Source of the DNA: Podospora anserina
Taxonomy: Eukaryota
DNA: 64,000 nucleotides
Direction of reading: 5' to 3'
NCBI GenBank assembly: GCA_017654855.1
Contig: CM030333.1
Span: 2,976,001 to 3,040,000, forward strand
Both the position numbers and the translations under genes were made by a program. Below the pieces are notes generated by a model. That model had not been told where the DNA came from. It made no database searches and saw nothing but the letters and a program-made list of their open reading frames with translations. Numbering within the stretch: position 1 is the first letter of the stretch; each line of letters begins with the position of its first letter. Below are positions 12,557-26,410 of this stretch, piece by piece.

Positions 12557-15176
12557 TTACACCACTTCAACAGGAGCCGCGTCTCCAACATGTTTCCGCC
12601 GACGCAAATCCAAGCCTCCCTTTGTCCAAAAGTTTCCCCACCCGTTCGGTGCCGCAGGTGGTTTCTCTTTAGGTCCGACTTTTGGTTTGAGTGTCGGCGT
12701 GGCAGGACCTGGGGGGTGGACGCCAGGCGGTTTGATGCCTATTTTGTTACAGGCACTCCAGAACCACGGCTTGTCTTTGATACCGGCGGGGACTCGTCGA
12801 AGGACCCAAGGGTATAATCTTCTTGCGGTCGACAAAGAAGACGACGGCAACGGATATCATGTATGTTAGACATGCTACTACAACCATGGATCCGACATGA
12901 GGCCACTTGAGGTGGGACAGGTCTTCATCCTGGATGAGGGACATGCTGTAAACAGCCTGCTTGTGGATGATGATGGGTCAGCGTGAGGCGTTGGAGTCCA
13001 TGGTTCAGCGCTGAGTCAGGGTACGTACAGTCACATAGCTGAGTGGAAGGTAGAGTATAGTGACAACAGTGAAAACAATGATATGGCGATTCATCGATGT
13101 TGACTTGGAGGCTTCCAGCATATTTGTGGCGCTCAAGATCTAGTAAGACTGTTCGCAAAAGCTTTCAGTGAACACGCATAGACATACCCCATCTTGAAGC
13201 CCACACATCTCGTCTGCCTTGACCTCGATGCGTCTCTCGAGCTTAGCTTGGAGGCTGTCAAATTGTTCCATGACCCTGTCCCAGTTCTCTTCAACTATCC
13301 TGTCAAATTTGGCTGTCTCGGAAGTGGATTCATGCCAACCCCGTAGAGGATGAATGCCAAAAATTCTATAAAAGTCTTGCAGGCCCTCTTGAGTCTCTTT
13401 CATCCATTCAAGAGCAATTCGTAGGAGATAGAGAAGCTGAAAGCACATTCGTGATTGACTGAAGGAGTCGTCGAGCATGATCTTCTGGGCCTTGCGTTCA
13501 TTGAAGATGTCCTCTGCCTATAGAGAGTTCATGTAGTCAGTGACAAGACATATGGTGAAGAGGAGATACCCCTACCTGAACGGTGACAGAACTGTCAATT
13601 GCATCCGACAGACGGTCCCACCCTCCATACCACCTTGTCTCCAAGACGTTGTCCAACACAATTTGTAAATGACAAATGCTAGCTCTTTGAGCAATCATCT
13701 CAATCCTTTTTGATCGCAGCCTTACACCTTGATATTCGCGCCGCGAAGTGAAGACGTGGTCTTCAATAACAACAATGCAGAACAAAGAAGCCGCCTCAAC
13801 GTTCACACCCATTTCACAGCAGCTCGCGCTTCCTCAACACCCCCAGTTGAGTGTGGGAGCTTGCGGGGCAGCTTCCCACGCTCCCGTTCAAGGAGGAAGC
13901 CCGGGGGCCAGAGCCCGTTTTCCGGATGAACCGGAGATGCCTGGAGCCACCATTTATGAAATGAGGTTCCACACGAATGGCTGGAGGTGTCAAGACGGTG
14001 CGAGGAGGTAAAAGGATGCCATGGCCACTGCCGAAGAAACCTGGCGACAAATGAATAATCCCGATACATATCGCGCTTATCTTCCTCGGACGATGCGTTA
14101 GAGAAATGTTGTCGCGATAGCAAAGAGAAAATGAATGCAGCTGCATTGAGGTTGAGAGTTGGACGTCTTGAGGTGGTAACAAACCTGTCACGATTGCTCT
14201 TCATTAATCATCACGGCAGTCTCGATTTTCAAGGCTAGAACAAAATGCAACATACCAGATCTGACCAATATTGATATCAGTCAGCTCTGCAAACTCGGGG
14301 TGGAGTACGGTTGGTCGGAACCTAATATTTGGGGGCAGGAGGACCATGTTGGAAACCCCATGTTGCCTACAGACCACCTGGCCGGTTGAAGAGAAAGCTT
14401 GTCGCCACACGGCCAAAGATACAGGAAGTACGCCTCATTGAGCTCAAAATGTGTTACCACGTAGCGAAGATCAAGGCCAGGGTGAACAAGACGCCAGAAC
14501 ATGGTTTGTTCCGGCAATGATTCTCGTCACCGTCCTGGCTCTTGCCTCCAGGCTGCCGGCATCACACTTGTTGGGCACTCTTCGTGTAAGAATTTCCTGA
14601 CCATGCCCCCCATCGAAGGGTCGAGATTTCGGCCGAAGCTCATTCTTTGCTGCGAAGCTGTTGTGCTGCCCTTGGCAGGCAGAACGAATGAAGCATCGTC
14701 AAACGCCCAATGCATGCCTGAAAGAGGAGCGAAAGGCGAACCAAATACTAGGGGGCCGCTTGTTGCGCACGGGATAAAAGGTGGGTGGTTTGGTGGGAAA
14801 AGCTGTAGATAGTCCTCGAGGGTGGCACTTCCCAGGTCAGACCTAATAGCGGCGAAATGTTCCTCACTTGGTTTACTGATGAGAATTGCCGTCCACTCTC
14901 GCAAAGAAACTATGAGCTGAGATAGTTGGGTACTACTCGGCACATGTATATCAAGCAAGTGCGACTCGGTAGCCGGAGTGTTGATGGTATTGGTTCCGGT
15001 GGATGTCGGGGAAAACTCGCCACGCTCGATAGCTGTTGGTTTCCAAGTATCTCATTGAGTCGCCGAAGCTCAGCCAGAAGCTGCTGTGCGAGTGTTTCCT
15101 GGTCTATGATGGCCTCTGCCATGGAGTTGGTCGACTTCGAAGATGTTGGGACTGGTTCGGTGGTATCGTTTGCCAT
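12557..15176 (-). pseudogene. Disrupted gene for a fungal protein with a CorA-like C-terminal transmembrane region
   Basis: Collinear ORF pieces. The C-terminal part reads LEASKSTSMNRHIIVFTVVTILYLPLSYVT. There is an apparent frameshift near 14950 and an in-frame TGA at 14527-14529. The 3' end is uncertain. Confidence 0.5.
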
Positions 15177-16766
15177 GTGAGAATCGAAGGAGCCCAGGGT
15201 TGATGAGAACTATCCGGTGAGAAGAGACGGAAATGGCTGGCCTCAGAGAATTGGGAGGGGAGCAGAACTCCCTGCTTTTTATGGTACCATGACACCAGCA
15301 AGCGCCCGGCATTGCAAGCAGACTTCAGGTTTTAGGTATGACATTGTCCTTCCCTACCTAGGTTGCATACTGCCGAAGATAGAGTCTCAAAGGGTCGGGC
15401 CGGTCATACTGGTTTTCCGTGTCTGGCTGAGTTGTGGTTGGCTGTCCTGATAACCAATCCAACCCTCCCTCAACAAATGCAGAATTATGTGCATCCTATA
15501 CAGTGTAGAGACATGCGAATAGCTTCAAGATGTTGAATAGCCTCGCATTGCTGCAATATTCATCAGCCTAAATCTCACAAGCAGCCATCCCACTTCACCC
15601 ATATCCATACAATGACGAGATGGTCAGCCAAGCAGAAACTAGTTGCCCTGTCGTCGAATATTTCCACTAGTGTGATGTTGGACTGTGATCCTTTGTCCCC
15701 ACACGGTGGACGATGCTACCTATTGGCGAGCAAGGTGGCAAGCGACACTCGTGTTGGTTGTGAAATTGGAGTGCAGAGCTAAGAGCTGCGAGGTCGACTC
15801 GGCCGAAATGAGGGTACCAAAAGAGCACAAGTCGTGCTGCCACGAGAGAGGCATGTGGCGCAGCGGCACAGCGGCCCGGGGAGTAATGGCTGTTGGAAGA
15901 AGGCGAACCCGGCAGTTTGGACATTCCAAATGATCAATCTACACATAAAGTACGGCGGCGTACACGACCAGCCAGCTTCTCCGAGATGAATGCCAGGAAC
16001 AATGCAGGAGAGAAAAGGTGGGCGAGCCGGAGCGTGGGAATCTACCCCGCACAGACTGTTCTATCCTCCTTCCTCCTTCCCCCAACGGTTGCCGATTCGC
16101 CAACCACAACACTCCGATCCCGATACACCCTGCCTGATTGCCTGCCTGCGATGCGACAACCCCTGGTTGGGGCTCGAATGCCGTGCCAGCCAAGCGAGGG
16201 TGCCATGCAGCCCACGCAGCCAACGCACCGTTAATTCCACGCTTCAATTCCGAGAATCTTCACACACCAATTTTCTGGGTCAAAAAGAGCAGCAAAGACA
16301 GAACACCGTCGGACTTGTCAAGGAAAACCCCCCAGACCCACCCGGATCACATCGAGAAACGCTCGGCACCATCGCCTGTTGCGCCAGAGTTTCCGGGCGG
16401 TGGAGCCGATGGGCTGACACAACCGCCGGCTTGCCATCCGGACAAGGCGCTTCGACGAGTTCGGCGATGGAGGCCAAAATAGGTCGGCGCTAGGAGCCCT
16501 GCCCGGGATGGGCTTGCGAGAAGGTAACAGCCCCGGTGCCCCGGAAATGCCAAGTTACCTTGCTTGCTGCGGTAATATCCCCAATATGCATCGCATTATA
16601 GCCACGACCTGCCGTCGCATTCACACAAGATGGCCCCTTGGCAAAATGCACGAGAAGTTATAAAACATTCTAGCGGCCCTCGTTTCTCCCTCCACGCGGC
16701 TCGTTTCCCGAGCGAACAAGTCTCTGGTTCCAGCTTCCGTATCCCCAGATCACCACCACCACCACC

Positions 16767-18764
16767 ATGAAGGGCGGCATCGTTGGCGTGCTTTGCGGCG
16801 CGCTCCTCCTTGCCGTTGAGGCTGCATGCGCCCCCAACTCGGACGCCATCACAAAGGTACCTGGCTTCAAGCCAAACAAGTGGGTGGCCAGAACCTGGGA
16901 GGGAAACAACTACGCCTGCAAATGTCATCCTGGCGACTACTGCTGGCCCAAGCAAAACCACTGGGATAACCTCAACCGCACCGTTGGCGGCAACCTTCGC
17001 GTCAACCTGCCCCCAGGAGCTCCTTGCTACAACACCTTCCAAGGCCCTCTCGGAACCGTCAACACGTACGATGCCGCCAAGTGTGCTGCCGTGACCGCCG
17101 GGTTCCCCAATGAACAGTTCCAGTAAGTCATCTCTGCACACCAAGCATGAGGAGAACATGTTGACTGACCATCTGTGACAGAATCGAGCTGCCCACCGCT
17201 GGCCTCTGGACCTACTTCACCAATGACACCTGCCGCCCTACCGCTGATCCCACAGGCAGCTGCACGCTGGGCTACTATCCTGTCCTGTACATCACAGCCA
17301 AGACCGTTGCCCACATCCAAGCGGGTATCAACTTCGCCAGAAACAACAACTTGCGCCTCGTCATTCGCAACACTGGACACGACTTCCTTGGACGCAGCGT
17401 TGGCTGGGGCTCGCTTGTTATCAACACTCACAGCTTCAAGAGCATCAGCACCACCAACAACTGGAATGGCCCTGGCTACAACGGCCCCGCCATCACTGTG
17501 GGAGCGGGTGTGCAAGCCTTTGAGGCTCTTGCCCGCCTGAACTCGCTTTCCCCTCCTCGAATTATGGTGACGGGCGAGTGCGCTGTAAGGACTACCAATT
17601 CTTAGCGTTTGATGTTCATGGACTAACCGGTATCATTAGACTGTTGGTGTCGCCGGAGGCCTTGTGCAGGGCGGTGGCCATGGCCCCTTGACCAACTTCT
17701 ACGGATTCCTTGCCGACACGGCTGTTCAGTTCAAGGTCATCACGGCCGATGGCAAGATCCAAACTGCCAATGCCAACACCAACTCGGACCTGTTCTGGGC
17801 CCTCAAGGGAGGTGGTCCCGCCGCCTTTGCTGTCATCACCGAGGCTACCTACAAGACCTTTGCCGACACCCCAAGCGCCGGCATCAACCTCGATATCAAC
17901 CCCGGCACCAACTCCGATCCTGCTCTTTACTGGGAGGCCGTCCGCAAGTTCCACAGCTACAGCACCCATTTTGTTGACAACGGCCTTTATGTTTACTACG
18001 AAATCGGCCCCGTCCCCAACACTCTCCACGTGCATCCTATTGTGGGCGTCAACAAGACCCTCGCCCAGCTGCAGGCTGTTGTCCAGCCCCTCTTTGATGA
18101 CCTTGATGCCCTCGGTGTTGGGTATACCACCTCCAGCGAGACTTACGGCACCTTTTACGACTTGTACAACGCCATGTTTGAGATTGAAATGGCTGGCAAC
18201 TCTGCCCTCACCGGTGGTTGGACCATTGGTCGCCAGGATGTTATCAACAACCACACCGCCATCATTGACGCTTTCCAGACCGTTATGAACGCTGGCTCTT
18301 TCATCGTCGGCCACATGTGGTCTGCTGGCCATGGCCTCCCTCAGAGCGAGTGGGCCAAGTCTGCCATCAACCCCCGCTTCCGCAACGTTGTTGACAAGCT
18401 TATTACCATCGTTCCTGTCTCTGGCGATGCCCCTCTCGCCGCCAAGGCCGAGGCCCAGAACCGCTTGACCAACATTGTCGACGGCTCTCTCCGTGCCGCT
18501 GCCCCCAACGGCGCTTCCTACATCAACGAGGTATGTATTGATTTTCGGTCTCCAACCAAGCAGGCATATGCTAACATGCTCACCACACAGGCCGATCCCT
18601 TCCAGCCCGACTGGCAGAACGCTTTCTGGGGTACCAACTACCAGCGCCTGCTCCAGATCAGACGCAAGTACGACCCCGAGGGAGTCTTCTATGCCGTCTC
18701 CACTCCTGGCACCGAGAAGTGGGAGCAGATTGAGACGGGCACTAGGTTGTGTGTCAAATTGTAG
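16767..18764 (+). CDS. Secreted FAD-linked oxidoreductase (berberine-bridge-enzyme-like), 4 exons (introns 17123-17181, 17585-17639, 18531-18590)
   Basis: Signal peptide; RNTGHDFLGRS flavinylation motif; GECATVG..QGGGHG; DLFWALKGGG; BBE tail YINEADPF..FWGTNY..KYDPEGVF. Confidence 0.92.
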
Positions 18765-19357
18765 TCTTTTTTCTTTTCTGTCTGAGCGAGTCTTTTGATA
18801 TAAAATAATAATAGAATGGTATATACGTTTTCACCAAAAGAATAGGGAAGCTTGCTGCTGTGTGATTCTTCTAGGTCATGTTGTACGTGGAGGCCCCTTT
18901 TGTGGAGTCCAGGAGGGTATTGTTTCCAGAGCAACGGCTCCTTGAGACTATTTGTGAAATGCCTGATGCATATCGGTATGCATAATCTTTGGGTCATGGG
19001 CCCCCAGAGCAAGTCAATGGGCCTATCAGCTATCTTTAAGGTGCTCTTTACTACTTTGAACACTCATTCAATACATTCTGAGGGCTAAGGAGAATCTTTC
19101 CAGCGCCTGATGCCATCGTTCAACGCTAGATAGTCATTACCGTTCAAATTCGTGGTCTTGGGTAGATACGTTGCAGTGTTCAGTACCTATTCCGTCTGCA
19201 ACTGAACATATCCATTTACCAACAGGCATCTGTTGGTCCTTTCCCTGTAATGACCCGGTGCCTTTCCAATGCATGTATTCTTTGCTCTTGTGTCCATGTT
19301 CAGACTTTTTGCTTTGGCGAATGAGGTTGTGTCCCTGATTTTTGCGATCGGCAGGTG

Positions 19358-19360
<3 letters not shown>

Positions 19361-19414
<54 letters not shown>
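19361..19414. repeat. (GT)~27 microsatellite
   Basis: Direct reading. Confidence 0.95.
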
Positions 19415-19417
<3 letters not shown>

Positions 19418-20706
19418 TGTGAGTGTGTCAGCATCGAAACTCACCAACGGAGGTTTAAGCATGGGCTGTGGTTCAGGACGCAGAGAACGTGATTGTGGCA
19501 CAGCAACAAAGGGAGCTAGGTCTTCAGAACGGCAGATGCCGCGCGCTGCAAGGATCATCCAGAAGCCTGTCTTTGCCGTGGGCAGGCACCAACGTGCTGA
19601 ATATGCCTCTTTTCCGCAGAGAATATCACTATGGACCTGCCTGTAGCGTAGCGTGATGCTGTTGTGTTGGGTTTGCTGCTCTAGGTCCGATACTTGTGAT
19701 GTGTTCTGCTGTTACAGACTGGGAATTGGAAAACATGAAACTTGGGATGAGCCCTATATCTGAGCGTGATCGCGTACTCCAAAAGTTAATTACATCTTCA
19801 AGACAGTTTTGGTGGCCGAACTGCCTGAGATGAAATGTACCTTTTTGACGCTAGAATCATCTCCACAGCAAGATCATTTCCCATCTCTGCCAGCTTGGCG
19901 AAACCTAGCAAACTTCCATTTTTCGGCCCCCGGAACGGCCCATCAACACCCATACCACCCCCCTCCCGTCTGACTTGGCATCCAAGGTCAAGTTTCGGCT
20001 GAAGTGGCACAGCACCACCCAAATCCAACCCGCTTTCCCAAATCTCACCCCCTTAAGCGAACCACTCTTCAACAAAAAGGTAAAGATTCTCTCTCCAAGC
20101 TGTGCCACACACCCAAACCCACACACTGGGCTGAGCATCTTATCCCCTTATCCCCCCTATGGCGCGCCACGTCCGGGTATACCGCCCATGCCGCACTCCT
20201 ACACCCCCAGGCAACTCATGAGATTTATCCAATCATCATGTGCCAAAAAATACAAAAGGGGGTTAGCCAGGTTTATGGGCGTATAGCAAAGGCCCCACCA
20301 CACCTACCTGAGCATTAGTAACCACGCCGCATTGGAACACTGCATAAACACATCAGTTTTCCCAAGCTGGAAGACTTGACGCTGTTGGTTGTTGCTGACC
20401 ATCCGGTATGCGTCGAGATGGCGAAGCAATCCTTCACAAGTCCAAAACCCCTTTGGCGCCCACATTTTCATGGTGTTCCAGTTCTGGGGGAGAAAAAGAC
20501 TTAGAATCCAAAGAAAGAACGGGGTTTTTTGCCTTTTCTTTCTTTCTGGATAGCGACAACTGAGATTCCGAGCGATATATTTGGAACTAGACGATGAAAA
20601 GGACGACATTCTAGCAAGTCGACGTTTACACTACCCTTCCAAGACATTGACGATAACGATTTCTCTTGTCGTGCCACTCAGCTCTTGCTGAGCGACGCCC
20701 GCCAAG

Positions 20707-22158
20707 ATGGTCTCCCTCACCACAGAGCAGTCATTGGCGGTGCTCGCAACGCTACCGAAATGCGCTGTATGATGATACATCAACATCCAATCCTTCACTG
20801 GTCTCTTGCTAATAACCTTGCTCAAGATGGATTGCATGATGGGAGCACCCAGCACCGGCCAGGGCTCGACAGATGTTGATCTTTGCGCACCTCAACCTCT
20901 AGAGACCACCAACTGGGTGACGGGTTGCATGAAAAGCAACTGCTCAACTCCAGAAGCACTCTTTACTCAGAATGCGACCTTGCGAGCCTGCGGTATTGAA
21001 CCTAGGATGGAGAGGCAGTGGCTGCCTGTGATGACGACGTTTATGATCCTTGCCTTCATTTCCGTCGTGCTGCGGGTGGCCAACCGGCTTTACACGACCA
21101 AGACGTATTGGTGGGACGATATCTTTTTGTCGTTGTCGATGGTATGTTATGGAGAGGCTGTCAAGAGGAATGAGGTAACTGACTGTGCTGAAGGCTGGCT
21201 CCTTTGCCTACGCTTCGATCCATTACGAGGCGATAGGTCACGGTTTCGGACGAGAGTTTTGGTCTCTGTCGCCAGAGGAGATCAACTACATTATTGCTGT
21301 GAGTATTCTTGCCAAACATCGCCGTCGACGACTTCCACTTACCAGGGATAACAGGGTGTATACGCGAGCATGCTCGTCTTCCATGCAGCTCGCATGCTGC
21401 TGCGCCACTCGCAAATCCTCTTCTTCCTTCGCATCTTCGTGGTGGGCAACTCGAGGCCAATGATCAAAGGAACCATGATAGCAAATGCTGTCATCTCCAC
21501 CGCCATCGGTCTCATCATGGCGCTCCAGTGCATGCCCGTCGGTTTCTTCTGGATGCGATGGGACTCGACGCAGGAGGGCAAGTGCCTGAACAACCTCCAG
21601 ACCCTATGGATCACCTCCGTCTTCACCATGTTACTGGACGCCTGGACACTCATCCTGCCACTGCCCTACGTGGCCAAACTGCAGTTGTCGGTGAGGAAGC
21701 GAATCGGCATCTCGGTCATGCTCGCCACCGGTCTGAGCATCCTCATCTTCAGCATCCTCAAGTTCTGGTCTGGTGCCATCACAGTGGAGGAGCCCAACCC
21801 AATGTATACCTTTGCCCAGGTGTCGATGTGGGCGTCGTTGGAGATCAACGTGGGGATCATCTGTGCTTGCTTACCGGGTATAAGACTACTATTCAGCAAC
21901 TTGTTCAGGCAGACGGGTTGGTTTATGACGAGCAGTATTGGGAGGACGGAGCATATTTCGCTGTCTGGGTCTCCCGACCGGAGTGGGAAGAAGTCGTGCC
22001 CGGAGTCGCAGATTCGCATCACGACAACTATTCAGACCAAGGCCACGCATGCGTTGACTGATTCCGAGTCGCATCTGCCTCTCCATGCGGCGAGCTTGGG
22101 GGCGGCGATTCATCCTGCGAGGCAAGAGCTGGGTGTGGTGGCCAATGCTTGGGCTTGA
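20707..22158 (+). CDS. PTH11-like integral membrane receptor with a degenerate CFEM-like N-terminus, ~4 exons
   Basis: LPKCA/MDCM..C..CMKSNC..CG N-terminus; WWDD, GHGFG, QCMPV..W..GKC, LPLP..LQL and EINVGIICACLP motifs. Confidence 0.85.
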
Positions 22159-22686
22159 GTGGACGTCGGAGAGGGACTGTATAGATAGAATTGGAGATAC
22201 CCATAGTGTCATTGAAGCGATGTTTCCGTAAAATCGCCATGACTAAAAGGGCGATGTCATTGGCATGGTGTGAGCCTGTCATCATCTTTCGTCACAAATC
22301 AGGTTCGCTGCAGAATGAAGGCACGCCAGTGGTAGCTGCACCGGCAACCGTCACCATTGAACCACTGTTCCTTCCATGTGAAAAAGAGAAAATGGGACCG
22401 ACTGGCATGCCGACTGTTCCCCTGCAGTTGGACTAATGCGACCGTTTGACTGATAACCGTCCACCCTGCGCCGCTACGCCCATCGATCAAAGCTTGCGCC
22501 TTTGCCTGGGCTGTTGTGTTGTTACGTCTTCGGTCGGGAACACGGCGCTCAGACTGACCTGAGAGTGATGTTTGGAATAGCAAGATCATTCATACCAACC
22601 ACCCTGCCCAAAGGATAGTTACAGTGGCTTTCTTGACCTTTCGACGTAGGCGACGACTAGCTGCAGCGCTACTACACCACTCAACG

Positions 22687-24744
22687 ATGCATGGAAGCGA
22701 TCTAGAGAACCGACCGGAAACCAATGAAAGAATACCACGATGGAGCCTTGGTGTGCTCAACCCAAAGGACACAGTCGACGTTCCAGGTTTGATATCCTCC
22801 CTGTCTTCTCAGTTGCATGCTGACGCCCTCAACCGTCCATCTAGGCACCGTCCTCCTTCTCGTCGGCCTCTCTCCCCAACCAAAACCCGACACTCACTCG
22901 ATGACCTTAATCTCCCCTCCCCTCCCGAAGAACCCAACCAAACCTCCTCTCCTCCACGCGACGATGACCCCCCAAATACCACCTCCACTGGCATCCTCCT
23001 AGCCCCTCAACCCCTCCCCCATGACCTCCTCAGCTGGCCCCCCTGGCGCCGCAACCTCGCCCTCCTCACAATAGGTCTCTACTCCCTCCTCGGCGGTGGA
23101 ACAACCCCCCTCCTCGCAGCAGGCTTCACCAACATCTCCCAAATCTTCTCCCTCCCCCTCCACCGCATCTCCCTCACTACCGGCCTCGTAATGCTCGGCA
23201 TCGGTATCGGCTGTCTCCTCGCCTCCCCCACGGCGATCTCTACGGGAAACGTCCCGTTTACCTAGCCGGCTCCCTCATTTTTCTCCTGACATGTGTCTGG
23301 TGCGTGTTAAGTCCGACGTTTGAGAGTTTATTGCTTGCACGGTTTGTGCAAGGGGTGGCAATCAGTCCTGTGGAGGCGCTGCCGAGCGCGACTATCACGG
23401 AGTTGTTCTTTTTGCATGAACGAGGGGGCGGGGGGCGGTAGGATAGGGGTTTACGGGCTTTGTTTGTTGGGGGGGAAGAATTTGGTGCCGGTGATGGGGG
23501 CGGGGGTTGTTCATGCTTTGGGGTGGAGGTGGGGTTTTTGGGTGATGGGGGTTGGGGTTTGTGGGGTTGGGTTGTGGGAGTTGGTGCCGGAGACGTTTTG
23601 GGATAGGGGGTTGGAGACGTTTTTGGAGAGGGAGTCGACGGGAGAGGGCGGACGGGGGAGGGAAGGAGGGGGATAGAAGATGGAGGGGAGTGGTGAAGAG
23701 AGCTCCAGACGTGATGGTTTGGGGGAGATGGGTATATCAAAGCAGGAAGGTAGTAGATGGTCTGGGGAGACGGTTGAGATGTTTGAGCTGGTCGAGACGA
23801 CTAACGATCCTGCCACTACCTCAATATCTGCAGCTTGTTCATCGTCATCCGAGACGCCTGGGAACCAGGATGTGGAAAAGAGGGCAACGGAACATCAAGC
23901 GACGCCCCCGAGACGAAACGATTACACCAGTCGCATGGCGGCACGACCAAACGGGTCGTTCAGGACACATCTACTGCCGTGGCACGGCAGATTACCAGAG
24001 GATGAACGCTGGTTACGTGTGGCGGCTAGACCGTTCTTCCTGTTTGCCTACCCGGCCATCCTCTGGTCAGCGATTACCCACTCTTGTTGCATCGGCTGGC
24101 TGGTGGTTATCTCCGAGTCGATGGACGTTATCTACCGGAACCCCAACAGTTATCACTTGGTGCTTTCTCGACTGGCTTGGTGTATATTTCTGCATTTATT
24201 GGTGGCGTGCTAGGCACGGCGATAACAGGCAAGATGTTGAATGTATTGTGAGAGCTATGGCTCGCAAAAACGGAGGGGTGTTTGAGCCCGAGTTTCGACT
24301 GGTGATGATGATGCCGGTGACCATCACTACGGTAGTTGGGTTGGTGGGTTTTGGGTGGAGTGCTGAGGTGCAAGATGCTTGGATTGTTCCGACGGTGTTT
24401 TTTGGGATTATTTCTTCTGGATATTCATTGTGAGTTTGGCCTTCATGAAGATGCGGAGAAAATATTTACTGCGAGATAGGGGTTCGACGACCGCCATCAC
24501 TTTCTGTGTGGATAGTTACCGAGAATTTGCCGGAGAGGCCCTTGTCGCATTAAACTTCAGCAAGAACATTTTCCACGGCTTGGTCTTCAGTCTCTTCATT
24601 ACTGGATGGATCCAGACTGACGGCTCGAAGATTGTGTACATTTGGATTGGGATTATTCAGTTGCTGGCGATGTTCTCTACATTATCGTTGTTTTTTTTTT
24701 GGGAAGAGGGCGCGGTATTGGGCGTCAAAACAAGCGTTCCATGA
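22687..24744 (+). pseudogene. MFS transporter pseudogene with frameshifts and stops
   Basis: MFS motifs (YGKRPVYL, LHERG..IGVY, GWRWGFW, FEPEFRL, CVDSYR) are spread across frames. Frameshifts occur near 23240 and 23430, and a stop at ~23676. Confidence 0.75.
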
Positions 24745-24809
24745 AAGGATTACGTCTACTGACTAGAAAGGGAGAAAAGATGTAGAAGATACAACAGGTC
24801 CAATCAACC

Positions 24810-25508
24810 TTACTCAGTCTTCATGGCATCCCGGATCATGGAGCATTCGACATACCTCCCTTCCAAGTATTCCGCTACCTTTTCCACATGGAAGCCGTAC
24901 TTCTCAAACAACGGTTTCCCCGCAGGCGAGGCCTCAAGATACGCCTCATGGCTACCCTCATCAACCATCATAGCCCCCCACTCCATCAACAACCGACCAA
25001 CGCCAGAGCCTTTGTACTCAGGGCGGGTAGCAATGAGAGCCAGATACCAGTGGGCTTTGCTGCCCATGTACTTCTGATGCCGGGCATGCTGGTCACTAAA
25101 GAACGCCATACCAAGGTCGGGGTCGGTCATGTGGTCCATTACTTCCCGAGGGAGGTCCATGTCGGAGGGGAATAAACCCGGGAGTGTAGAGTTCTCAAGG
25201 ACAAAGACCTACTTGGCTAGGCCGACTACTACAGGAGGGGACAGAGAGATGACTTTGGCGATGGCGAGGTGGGAGTTATTGTCTGAGAAGGTGAAGGCGA
25301 TGACTTGGGTCCAGAAGTTGATTTTGAGTTGTTAGTCGGAGATGTGGTTGAGTATGACGTTGGTGGAGAAGGCCTGCTCGAGGAGGATGCCGCAAGGGGA
25401 TACGTCGAAGGGAGTGGCGGGGCGAATTTGGGGTCCGTGTAGAAAGCGAGCTTTTGCGATGGTGGTAGATCTGGAGATAGAGGTGGTAAGAAGGGAACAT
25501 GTTGTCAT
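24810..25508 (-). pseudogene. GNAT acetyltransferase with two in-frame stops (TAA 25332-25334, TAG 25209-25211)
   Basis: One frame from ATG 25508: IRPAT...VVGLAK*VFV...WYLALIATRPEYKGSGVGRLLMEWG...YLEASPAGKPLFEKYGF. Confidence 0.75.
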
Positions 25509-26410
25509 TTATACACTTCTATACACCATATTATACCGTACCTTCTAATAACACGATGACTGTTGTTGCAATGCAGCCTTGGTGAGAGCACTCAAACATG
25601 ATGGTTTGCAGTTTGTGACAGCATGGAAGGATTCAAATAACCAAAATTGCATAGCTAGACAGCGAGACATGATACTACTTCTAGGTGATCAAGGAGCCAT
25701 TTTGATCACGGAGAGTGTTGACACTTACGCGGCAATACTTGACGGCGAGGGGACGGAAACCACAGGAGCCGCCGCTGCCCTAGGACGGGTCCGGGCTCTG
25801 GAGCTGAAAGGGATAAAAATGAAAGAAACAAAAAGAGGACAACGGGGTTCAGCTGGCTGGATTATATTGACAATGTCAAAAGCTTTGCCGAAATCCTCAA
25901 GACTATCGTGACAGGCACTGAGTGGCGATAATGTTTGCAGACGTTGTCCTGTGTGTGGACCTTGGCCAAGACATGTCTTGGCAAAAATGGATTTTCAAGG
26001 CATCGAGATTTCCAAAAAAAAAAAAAAAAACCCCATGTTGCATGTGTCAGGGACCGGTGGAGACGCCAAACGGTCCCTGGACCAAGGCGCTAACAGAGGT
26101 TGCGCCAAGGGAAAGGCAGAACTGTTAGTGTCAGCCATTACCCCTGTCGTTTCGACGTCACTGGACCCTGACTCTTATCGCTACCAAGAGATCCACCATC
26201 AGTGCTCCAAAGCCAATCAGACGAACCAAACGCCCGATAAGAAAGTTGAAAGTTTGGGCCGTCGCATTTGAGCGCAGTCTCTTGCAGCACCGTCCTTCAC
26301 TGCGCTTGCACCTGCCATTGTTTGCTGTGCTTCCCTTCTTTCACACATACCAACCACCACAAAGCCACCTACCCAACGGTCGCTTCTCATTGTGTGCTTC
26401 CCAGCGGCAA

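Noticed and set aside
19187..19646. ORFs with THTHTH / CVCVCV repeats
   Set aside because: Artefacts of the (GT)n microsatellite.
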